A stretch of DNA of 64,000 nucleotides. Source: Amphiscolops sp. MND2022. Its lineage: Eukaryota. The notes beneath the pieces are model-generated. The model had not been told where the DNA came from. It saw nothing but the letters and a program-made list of their open reading frames with translations, and made no database searches. The translations under genes and the position numbers were made by a program. The stretch spans positions 31,374,001 to 31,438,000 of the forward strand of contig OZ076409.1 of NCBI GenBank assembly GCA_964187785.1. Direction: 5' to 3'. How positions within the stretch are numbered: the stretch's first letter is position 1; each line of letters opens with the position of its first letter. Of the stretch, positions 12,701-24,700 are shown in pieces.

Positions 12701-15700
12701 GACTATGTAAGAGTTCCTGATAAACGCAATTTCTATAGTAAAGGTTATACAACAAATTGGAATAGAGAACTTTTTAAAATACATAAAATTAATCCAACTA
12801 ACCCAGTTACTCATGGTTTAGTAGATGAAAACAACGAACAAATAGAAGGAAAATATTATGAACAAGAACTTTTTAAGAAGTATATTCAACTTTAAATCTA
12901 ACAACAAAACGTTAGAAAGTATGAATATTTTCCATCGTTATGAGTAATTTTATTTAAATAAATAATGTCAATACATAAATTTGGTTATAGTGCCGAGAGC
13001 CTACAAAAAGATAAGATTGAGAATCTTGAAAAAGAATTGGAATCACAAACCAAATTATTCGACTTAAAACTGAATGATATGCAAAGCACCATAAATGGTA
13101 TGACTGATAACCTACAAAATACCGAAGGCGCCTTGCGTGTACAAGAAATTAATTTTGATGATGGTGAAACCAAGGTAGTAGTCAATGCAAAGTTATTCTT
13201 AGACATAAACAAAATTATAGAAGACTTGAAAATCAACCTGAAATACTTAGAACAAGATGTTAAAAATAAATTTTTAGAAAAGAAAAAAGAAATAATTTTG
13301 GATGCTGCCAAGTTAGTGGAAGAACAACAAACCATTTTACGTAATCATTTTGAGAGAAACCTTATTTCGGAATTGGAAAAATGTAAAAATTAAACCATCA
13401 TAGATGTTATACAACTATTGTACAACAAAGGATTGTTTGACTCATTTGAAAACAAAGACCAAATCTTTAATGAGTACTCATATTTTAGTGATGAATACTT
13501 GTTGGAAAAATACGGAAAAGAAATAAAGACATCAGATGGTGTGTATTATTTATCAGACTTAGACTATTCAACGAGAGAAGATATCGTGAAGTGCTTGAAA
13601 AGAGATGAATACAACGATATAGTTGACCTTAAATATAGAATGAAACTAACCGATACTGAGATTAATTTTATACTTTTTGAAAAATGAATACTTGTAATAA
13701 AATTGTAAAATTTAAACTAAATACTTTATAAAATTAAGTTTTTATTTAAAATTAAATGAGTGAAAAATTGTAGCCATGTTTACAACAAGATCAGAATCTT
13801 GATCTTAGATTAAAAGAAATGAATAGTTTTAATAATTCAATTCAAAATATTAAAGATATTCAAAATTTTTATAATCATGAAGCTAAAAAGTATTTTAAAA
13901 AATGTAAAATATACAAGCTTATAAATTGTTTAATTCAATCTATCGATGGAGTTTCAGTACTAGCAGTATCATCAACATGTGTCACGTTGAGTGTCACAGG
14001 AGTTGGACTTGTTGTTGTACCTATAGCAAGTGGTATAGGTGCAGGTTTATGTATAGTCAGTAAAATTGCTGATGAGTACCTGAAAAGAAAAGAACAACAC
14101 AATATTAAAAAATATACTCTTGCTGGTAGAACACTACACGACTACCAAAAACTACATTCAAAATGTTTAGAAGACAATAAAATCGATCTGAATAAATACA
14201 ACAAAGTAAAACAAACTTACGATACATATGAAACAAATAAAACTAAACTAAATTCTGAGTTTACTTTTTTAGGTTAACCCTTTTTAGTAAAAATAAAATA
14301 AGTATAAATTTTAAATCATGATTTTTTTATAAAATAAATGGAGTTATTTTCATTGAAAAATAAATATGCTATGGATAAACCTATTCATAAAATTGATTTT
14401 ATTAAATACTCACCTAGTAGTTTAGCTACAATTAATAATAGTAATTCAAATATTTCCATAATTTTCCCAAGAGAAGATGCATATATATGTTTACAAAACT
14501 CATACATATCATTAGAATTTGAAGTTCTCAAAAATGATGATAAAAGATATGCAGATGGTGATCAAATAAGCTTGGTCAACTTTGGACCCGTTGCTTTATT
14601 TAGTGAAGCTAAACTTGTAACATCATCCGGCAAACATCTAGAGAAAGTTGATGACCTACACCCGGTATGTTTAATGCATAAACTTTTAACAAGTACCCAA
14701 CAAAAAAGTCAATTGATGTACGGATTTGAAGAATCACAAGCAACTAGAAGACAAGAACTAACAACAAACAAAACAGAAAAAGGAACCTTTTTTGTTAGAA
14801 TAAAATTAACTAATATATTTGGATTTGCTGATCAAGAAAAAATAACTTATGGATTGGGTTACAGTCTCACGTTAAAACGTAATAATAATACTGATAGTAT
14901 CATCAGGGACAATGGTGTAGATGCTGCAAAAATAAATATAAAAGACATCTCCTGGTATATTCCACACTACACACCATCAATGGAAAACCAACAACTCGTG
15001 ATGGATCAAATATTAGACAAAGATCCAACTGAATTATATTACATGGAACGGATTGTATTTAGAAAAGATGTTGACACGAATAATAATTGGACATTTGAAT
15101 TAGGCAGCAGTGGAGAATCGACACCAAGTTTTATAATTGTTTGATTTCAAGCTAGAAATAAAGTTGATTCACAAACACATGATACTGCAATATTTGATCG
15201 TTTACCTGTTTCAAATGCAGTTTGTAAAATAGGATCAGAAAAATATCCCGACGATGGAATAGAATGTGATTATGATAGAGACAAATATGATCAAGCATAC
15301 AGTGAAATTGAAAACTTTTATTTGTTAAAAAGTGAAACTAACCTACTCAATTCATTTATTGATTTGCATAAATTCAGGACAAATTATAATTTCTATGTAT
15401 TTGATTTATCCAAACAAAAAGATAATATTGCGAGTCAACCTATTAGATTAGAATTTAAATTTAATGCTGCCATTGATGTAGCAGATTATATAGCTTATGC
15501 CCTAGTCCTAACACCCAAGCTGATAAGTATCAGTAGTGATGGACAAAGGCATTTTGATTTATTATAAATAAATATAATTTAATTATATAAATTTAAAAAA
15601 ATATAATAATACAGCTTTGCTGATATGATAAATAAATTTATAAAATAATATATTTATTTTTATAAAATGATAATAATTATAAAATGATATAATAAATAAA

Positions 15701-18700
15701 TTAATAAAATAATTTATTTGTTTTTATAAAACATGTGCTCGATCACTTATCAACTTCACAAGTTGTTGATGGTTGAGTGCTTGTTTCCAATACCAAACAC
15801 TCCAATATATTTCTTCATCTGTTTTCTTGCTACCGTCAACATTTATAGTTGAATCTTTATAATACAAACCAATTAATTTCAAACAATATATACAAGGACA
15901 ATCACCTTTCTGGGTGTGTTTATCCCATGGTAAACTTTGTATTGGATTTATATACAAACGTTTATCGTCAAAAGGATTCAAACACAACTTAGGTTGTTTT
16001 TCAACTGTAAGGTTGTGTAAATTAGATCTAATTGATATATTTGTAGAACTTGATGTTTCTGAATTAAACAATGAATTCTGATATTCTTCACATTTGGGAG
16101 CTTTTTGTATTCCTTTTTGTTTCGCTTTTTGAATGTTATTATTATTATTATAACTAAAAGAATATGACTTTGATCGCAATGCTGTGAAGGTATCTAACAC
16201 CAAAACTGGACTTGTTTCAATTTTCATTTTTCCTATAACTTTTTTGTTAATAGGATTATATAATTCTTTAGATTTATCTAATTCACTGAAATCAAATTCA
16301 TCTTTGTTTTCTTGTAAAAAGTTTATTAGTTCTTGGTGGTTAGCATTAAAACTAAGAATGAAAGAATCAGTATCCATGTAGTGTAGTTGTACTTTGTTTT
16401 GCCAATATGGTTCTAAAGTATGATAATAAAATTCATACATTAATAGTTTACTTAATTCTAACACAGAGAACCCCAAATAAATTGGTTTATCAAAGACTGT
16501 TTTTTTTCTTTATCAAACTTGTACACACTAAACTTAGAATAATGATCCATGATTCCTTTGAAACTTAACTTGGATTGTCTTTTTATTATTTGATCTATTT
16601 GAGAATGATCAATGAATTCTAGATTGGTTCTATCTCTTGCATTTTCCATTGTCTTACCAAAAAAAGCATTGTTCATTAATTTGTACAGGTCTTTTTCAAA
16701 GTTTGTTTTTGCTTTGGTGCGTTTCTGAGTATTAGGATCAATGTATTTTGCTAACCATGCACTTTGCTTGAACCGGTAGATTGTATGTATCTTCGTTACT
16801 TTCATCCCTTGGTTAAGATAAAACTTAAACATCCTATAATGTATCATATATTTCGATTTATTGGTTACATCACACATAAGTTTTGATGTTGGTTTGTAAT
16901 TAGGTTGATTTACATTATTCATATAAGCTGAGAATAAGTCTGGATCTGCTTTTGTTTGATACGGACAAAAAGGAGTTTTTTCTTTAATTTCAACAGGATA
17001 TTCTAAATCACATTCTATAAAGTAACCAAATTCATTATTGTCTTGGCAATGAGTCAAATCTTCTACTGTTTGTTCTAGTATATACTCTTCTGGTAGTTGT
17101 AGTTTTTCGAATTCAATTGTAGGAAGGTATTGACTCATTGCCCATCCATATAGATTATTTGCATCAATGTATAAGATTTGTTTATTTTCATCAGATTGCA
17201 CATGCCTATTACCCATAACACTTGAAATTCCTCCACGTATATTGTTTTCTAAAAGTAATAATAATTCTTTACATTTAATATAATCTAATTTAATATTAGT
17301 TAACTTTAAACCTGCTTTCCATGTATAACCAGGTAGCGAATAGGAGTATAAAGGATTAATTTTATATTCTCGTGTAGAACTTTCCACAAAGTTTTCAAAT
17401 ACATCAGTTAATTGAAGAACATCCATTTTTAAATATAACATTGTTAATTCTCTTCCATTTTTAATTTCATTTTTATCAATTAATTCTTGGGTTCTTTTTA
17501 TATCATCATCTGATGGATAAGATTGTGTTAATGTTTACCAATAATCTTCTTTGGTTAGATTAAGTGGTTTGTCAAAATTATCCAAGTTAAAATATTCATA
17601 TGGATAAGCTAACTTCTTCTTAAATAATTTATCTATAAATCCATTTTCATCCATTATTGGTAAGCTGTCTAAACTCTTAACTAATTTATCTAAACTACTA
17701 CTTAGAAAACGGTATGAATCTAAAAATCTCAAACAACCTACTTGAATTGATACATAATTTTCCATTGACTTTGGGATTATTTTTGGTTCATACCCCTTTT
17801 CGAAAGCTTGTATTAAGAGTTCTTGAAATATAAGATGACAATCATACCCAGAAAAGTTATGGAAAAATATAGGAACAAAACTTGATTACCTTTGCTGGCT
17901 TTGTATGTTACATATATTATGAGCTGCTCCTCTGTATTTTCCTGTTAGATGATCATGATCTCTAACCTTAGTATCATCGAGTGGATTTTCACAAAGCCAA
18001 CACTCTTCTGCTTGTTCAAATTGTACTTCTTCTTCTTGACTCATTTCTAATTCTAAATTTGTTTTAAACTATTTTGATGCAATTTTTTCTAAAGTAAACA
18101 TTTTATTTACAAACCATTTAGTACAGCTTTGCTGCCCTCCGGTACAATCTGTTCCAAATTATGAATAATACTTGCTTTCAAATGGTGCAATTATATAATA
18201 TCCTACTGCAATTGGAATTTGTTTAAATAATACTTTGGGGTCTTTTTGAGGTTGATTAATACATTCAAAATCTGCATATACTCTTCTTGGTACAGGAACT
18301 TTCATATAATAATCTTCGAACTTTAACTGATTCTTCCAACTGAATGTGATATTGGTTGGTTGTTGATTTATACATCTTTCTACGTGGTTGTTTAGAACAT
18401 CGTTTGAATAAAATGCAGTAAAACATCTACAAACATGTTTCATGTGTGAATCTTTATTCAATAAACAATGTAACTTTGTAATTAAACAATAGTGATTTTT
18501 ATATAACATTAAATCAATTTGTGGTTGTTTGTAATTTTCGTTAATATAAATTGGTGTTAAAACATTTCCAGTGAGTTCAAATACATTTATACCATGACCT
18601 CTGATATTCAATTTATTAAGGTTTTCAAATTTGGGAATGTCTTTGACTTTCATAGGGAATTCCAATCCTTTTAGGTTGAGTTTATTCTCATGCATTAAAT

Positions 18701-21700
18701 ATTTTGATATTCTATCTTTATGATCCTCAACAGGATATAAATATGCTAGGATACACCATAAAAAACAATATTGATCGTTATTTTTTTAAATTTATATTTG
18801 ATTTACTATCCTTATATTTTCCTGGTAACTCAATGTATGAAGATGCTTGAATATCTCTAACTATATATTTCTAATATAACTTCTTCTACTTCTTGAAATT
18901 GAAAACCTGATCCTTCTAATTGTTCATCTATTTTCTGCATGAATTTGTTATGAATTTCTTGTTGCGTACTATTGTTATATATTAAATCTGATTTTATCCA
19001 CCTTTTAAATACTTCTTCTCCATTGACTATTTTTGAAAATTTAGCTAGATAACTCAATTGATATTTATATCGGGGAAAATAATTTTTACTAAGTAATTCA
19101 TTTGTTATGTTCAAGATTTTCAGTTGGATTTTTCAATTTCATGTATGTATTTTCACTCATAATTATATTTACTCCATTACCGAAATCTGTAATACAGCTT
19201 CGCTGGCTTTGCATACCGTTTTGTTGACGGTTTTGTAAATGAATTTCACTTTGGAAATGTCTTGTTTTATCTGTTATATATTTACCACATTCTTCACACC
19301 ATACTTTTTTATTTTTATGTTCATCTGAATTTGAATGAGAACTTTTATCTGAGATATTCATATATAAATTACATGAGTTACAATAATATTGCCCCAATTT
19401 TTCTTGATGTTTTACTGATTTATAATGAGAGGATTTGAAAACTTTTTTATAATATAAACCACAATTATTACAATATTCCATTTCTATTTATTAAAGAAAA
19501 AATAGTTTAATTAAAAATTTTTCAATAAATATTTTTCAAAAATTAGTGAAAAATATTTTGAATTTCTTACCTGTGGGTTCAAGGTGCGAAAATTTGTCAG
19601 AGAGAAAAGTTGTTCATACCGGAGGTGCTTTGTATATTCTGGATGTCTACATTTTTATTCCCCTGACTTTTTACGTTAGAACAAACCAGTCTTGAGAAAA
19701 ATGGAAAAAAACCATTTTTCACACCTGTTTTCTCACCTGGTAATTAGTGGGTTGATTTTAGAAAAAACCCGCAGATACAAAATGTGTGTAACCTTTGATT
19801 ATCTACAAGTTTTGTTTCTGGCGTTTTTCTCTAGAATGATTTCCCATTGAGATATTAAACAAAATATGAATTCCCATGTATTAAGATTAGAAACCAAAAT
19901 TCAAACCAAAACCAAAACTCAAATAATTTCAGAAATTATCAGAATTTCCGATTTGGTTTGAATGCTTTGATCTACTTTCATGTGTTTGTCAACTAAGTGA
20001 CACTTCACTGCAATTCAATTTCATGCCACATGGTTCTCGAGTGTGAAATGTCAATTTGTCTTCACTGCACACTTCACTGCAAAAATGAATTGAATTGCAC
20101 ATGTTACACTTTTCATTTCTTCCATTTTCTGTACACAATTTTACATTACACTTATTACTACTGTAGAGGTTAGTGAATTTTTCTTTTATAACAAAAATTT
20201 CACTGGAACAATTTGTTATTTGATTTTTATTTTGTTAATTTTTTAGTTGCGAAAAAAGGTTAATTTTTAATGATTTACCTTGAAAATGTTATTTTTTAAC
20301 AGTTAGTTGTGAAAAAAACGTTAATTTTAGATACAGCTTCGCTGGCGTTTTGCGTGATTTACCTTGAAAATATGTTATTTTTTAATAATTTTTATTACGG
20401 AAAAAAACGTTAATTTTAGATGATTTTGGTTTTTTTGATGTTATTTTTTATTTTTTTCTATGGGCGTATTTCGGGAAATAGCCTACTACTGCCATTAGAA
20501 GTAGTGTGGCATTTAGTGTTAGTTCAAGTCAGCTTATAAAGCTTATGAAATCTCTCACTTTGTTGGTCTTAAAAAATAAAAGTCACTACTATAGTCTGCG
20601 TTTTTCTACGAAAAAGCGCCGACTAAAAAGTGGGTCTAAAGCAATTCCGTACAGCTGTGACCTACACCGATAGCGCGCACGAATATGCCTCGCCCCTCCG
20701 CAGCTGCCACCGTGTACCTCTACTGTCCTTACAAGGAGCAGCAACTCACTGCGACCGCTCAGGTCCTCATAACGATCACTTATGATCTTCCATCTCATCC
20801 TATAGATCCTTCAAGACTCAACCAACTGGATGGGTTGCAAATGGCTGACCTGATGTTTCACACTCCTGGTCCGATTAATCTCCTTATTGGTATTGATCTT
20901 TATGAATCAATTGTTCTTTCTAACAAGATTCACCCTTAACCCAAGATTTATGCTCGGATTCTCAGCGGTACACTCAACCCCAAGCTGTTTCGATCAGGCT
21001 ACTTATCTACAACCTTCAACTCTCGCTCTGAGCAATTACTTCACATGGCTCTACTCAACCTCAACTGATGTTTCCTCTGTCGATCAGCTTCTGACTCGCT
21101 CCTGGGAAATTGAGGATGTCTCTGGTTTTGAGTCCAAGCAATTCACCCCTGAAGAGCAGCAATATGATGACTTTTCCACTCAGATGACGTCTAGGACAGC
21201 TGAGCTGATGGGCACTACGAAGTTGAATTTCAACTCAGAATTACTTTTCAACTCAGATGCACCTCCAATTGGTGAAAGCTTCAATCAGGCGACGGGAAGC
21301 TTTCTGGCGCTGGAGACGACTCCAGTCTACCGATAGCAAACAAGACTACACTGACTACATCAAGGGGTACAAGGATGCTGCTCACATGGAACGGGACCCA
21401 ACTGAAGATCTCGATAAACCACATCATCACGTTTTCTACCTTCCCACCACAATGTGATGAGGGATAGCTCAACTCACAAGGTCAACATCAAGCTGGTTTT
21501 TGATGGCTCCGCGAAGTCCTCATCTGGCTGGTCATTTTTCTCAAAATAACTTACCTGACATTTTGCTTAGGTTTGAATTTCACTCAATAGCTCTTTCTGC
21601 TGATGTGAAAAAGATGTACCTTCGAGTGGGTTTGACGATTGCTAGCAGGGACTAACATCAACTTCTCTGGCGCGATCATTCTGGCCAATTGATTGAAGTT

Positions 21701-24700
21701 TGATGCATGACTTGGGTCACCTTTGCCTTTCCATCTTCTGCCCATCATGCAGTCAAAGCTCTACGCTCGGTCGCCAACGATCATCATCGCCCATCAGCAA
21801 GCACAGTGATCCTGCGTGATTTTGTGGTAGATGACATGATCTCTGAGACATCCTCAGTCGAAGAAGCTGTTGAACTTCGAGAAGCTCTGCTGCGAACTCT
21901 GGAATCAGCTGGCTTCTGCCTCCGCAAGTGGTCTACCAATATCTCCGCAGCCATTCAGCACCTACCTGCTGACCTCCAGGAAGCATCAAAAGCGTACGAA
22001 TTCAACGAAGTTCTTTCCAAACGAAGTATTCTATGGCTCCCTCTACAAAATGTTTTCACCTTCGCCTCGAGCTTTCCAGTGCAGTCCTAGCCGCCAAGGT
22101 GATGCACTCGACCACCCTGGCTCTCACGAAGCTCAACATTAAATATCTCTTGTGTGATGGTCTGAGCAGGCTCAACAATTGTTGTCTTGGTTAGCGAGTT
22201 ATCCAGGATTTTGGGGTTTTTTTGTTGCTAACGCGTGTCTCATTCAGGAACAGATACCTCCATCGCACTGGAAGCATGTCCCTTCAGAGAAAGACCCTGT
22301 CGGTTGTGGCAACAGTTCTTCTGGATTGCAGCTTGTGGTGAAAGGGTCCGATCTGGCTGGCCTGTAATCAGTCACATTGGCCTCAACAACCTTCGATCCC
22401 AGCAGGTACCCCTCCGGAGCGACGCAAGCCTGCTTTAGGCACTTTCACGCACAAAGTTGAAGTCATCTACCGGTCATTGAAATTGAGCGTTTCTTAACAT
22501 TTGGACAGACTCCAGAGCATTGGCGTATGTGCTACGTTTCCTCGACAACTTCTGTGGTTTGGAGTTAAAACGAGGTCCATTCAACAATCGGAGCTCCTAA
22601 CACGATTCAAGCCCCTAGCTTTACACTAACCAAACGGAGTATTTTGACACAGCGTGATCTATTGCAAGCGTGCAAGCGCCAATACAGTGGTCGACTATAG
22701 AGATGGCAAACTCAGCTGTAGTTGATGGCATTTTTATTCGAAAAGCGCATCAAAGTCTCATGTGGGTCCCCAAGCGACTCAGTACGAGCTCAGACGCCAT
22801 TACTGGATTCTGGTCCTCGCAACTTACGAGTGATTCGGCAGTGCACTACCTATCGACGCTTTTTGGCTAGAGCTGAGGTTCCTCGGATGGCCGACCTACC
22901 TACAGAACGGGTTACACCAAGTCGTTCCATTACAAAAACTGGTTTAGATTTTGCTACACTTTTGATTATCGAAAGTTCCATGTCAAAGGCCACTCAAAAG
23001 ACATATGTTCTTTTTTGTGTTTCTCATTTAAAGCCATTCATATTGTGCTTGTTTCAGCACTCACTGCGTCTGCATGCATAGCTGGTCTCAAGCGCTGTGT
23101 CTCGACGAGCACTTCATAGTACCATCTACTCAGACAACGGCACGAACTTCATTGGTGCTCGAAATGAACTGACGGTACTACAGGATCTTCTCAGCCTTGG
23201 CAGCGATTCCTTTCTAACTTCCTATGCCTCAAGCCGTGGTGTCGAATGGGTCGCAGTACCGCCGAGAGCACAACACTTTGGCTGTCTCTGGGAAGCTGCA
23301 GTTAAGAGTTGCAAATTTTTCTGCGACATGCAATTGGTTGACAGGTTCTATTATTCGAGGGACTCTACACAGTACTCACAATGGTGGAGACAAACCTCAA
23401 TTTTTGTCCTATGTCTTCTGATGCCAACGACTTAGCTGCCTTGACCCGTAGTCATTTTCTAATTGGTTTTTCACTCCAATCTTTTCCTTCTTCCAAGAAT
23501 ACCCAGAAGCGTCCTGCTGAGCCTACCCTTCAAGCACGCTGGAAACTGGGTCAGTCAATCGATGATAGCTTTTGGGAGCGCTGGTGCAAGCATTATCTGT
23601 TCAACTTACAATAACGCATAAAGTGAAGAATTTTTCCGAACCCCTCGAAGTCTCTGTCCTGGTATTATCAAAAGACAGGATTCCGCCATCAATTGTCACG
23701 TGGACGCGTTCTGGACGTTTACTCCGGTAATGATGGAGTTCCACGAGTAGCTCGAATCAAGACTCCAAGCGGAATCTACAATCGCCCAGTCACCAAACTA
23801 ATCAGACTGCTACTCAATGATGAAGATTTGGCAAAGTCTGATCAATGAAGCTGTTCATCCAAAGTCTGGTTTCGTCATGACGTCTAGCCCTTTTTCATTC
23901 GCAGTATAGCTTCAATTCCTAAGCCTGGTAATTTTCAAGCGCGCACACGACAGCATCTGTCCCTATACCACCCCTCATATTTTCTTCATTAACCTGGTCT
24001 TTTTCCAAGATGGAAAGTTTCTGGAAAACTAACTTCGTCATACCCTGTATTCCTATCTTCGCTTTCCCTTTACACTGCTTCTGCGCCTTCGTTTACTTCA
24101 CTGTATCAGCGCACAGGTTTTTGATACTTTTCAGTCTCATTTAATCTATTAGGTCTCACGCCAACGGTAACCAGAAGAGGAACAAAAACCTTTTTAAGGT
24201 AACTTTTCATTAGCTTCACCCGGTGTCGTTGGTTCTACAAAATCTTTTTGGTAGCTTCATTCTATTTTGCATTGCTGACTTGCTGAACCCATGGGTTGTT
24301 GGGCTATCAAACTCGTCGTCTTTCTCGCTCTGGCTGTCCGTCTTCACCCTGTTCGAAAGCGCTTGTCTTCTGGACATCTCGGTTGTGTCGTCATCAACAG
24401 TCATTATCGAGGACTGCTCAGTTGACACAACACAATGCCCACACCCGGGAGGCAAGTGTATGACCTCGCCAGGCCTCTGTACGGAGCACATGTCACCTCG
24501 TGGAAGACGAGGCTTTACCTCTCCAGCCCAAATGATGATGCCGTTTCGTTTTCTGAGCAGACTTTGAAGATTCCGCTGTCCGCTTGCCACAAACCACAGT
24601 TTCCGTCCATGCTGTAGTTGCGACTATTCTGCTCTGGCACGAGGCGCAGATCAGCATGTCATTGGCTAAATGGCTACCCACTATTCCACATCAACTGCTC

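Larger units (their letters stand above)
9186..20490. mobile_element. Polinton/Maverick (adintovirus-like) element 1, left end missing
   Basis: Very AT-rich intronless gene block with pPolB, rve integrase, A32-type ATPases and capsid-like gene; right end ...CCTACTACT (AGTAGTAGG on the - strand); no cysteine protease in the retained part. Confidence 0.92.
8901..20629 (-). mobile_element. Helentron-like HINE split by the Polinton insertion (halves 8901-9185 and 20491-20629)
   Basis: AAACAAGCCAGGAACGGCCCAAGTCGGCGC at 8901 and GCGCCGACTAAAAA at 20616-20629; the halves are colinear with the related copy at 59085-59560. Confidence 0.7.
6858..23848 (+). mobile_element. Degenerate BEL/Pao LTR retrotransposon internal region, interrupted by nested insertions (7813-8356, 8901-20629)
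   Basis: Gag: LPKLDL..FDGK*TEWTSFWDRF and CFKCLSTGHRPKAC. Protease region: GPINLLIGID. RT: VFDGSAKS, ALSADVKKMY, DFVVDD, GFCLRKWSTN. RNase H: WKHVPSEKDP. Integrase: MADLPTERV, TGLDFA, SDNGTNF, WEAAVKS. C-terminus: FWERW, DGVPRVARIKT. Many stops and frameshifts. Confidence 0.9.

Noticed and set aside
23852..24184. Possible BEL 3' LTR (tgtt...aaca) right after pol
   Set aside because: No PPT and no matching 5' copy in the window
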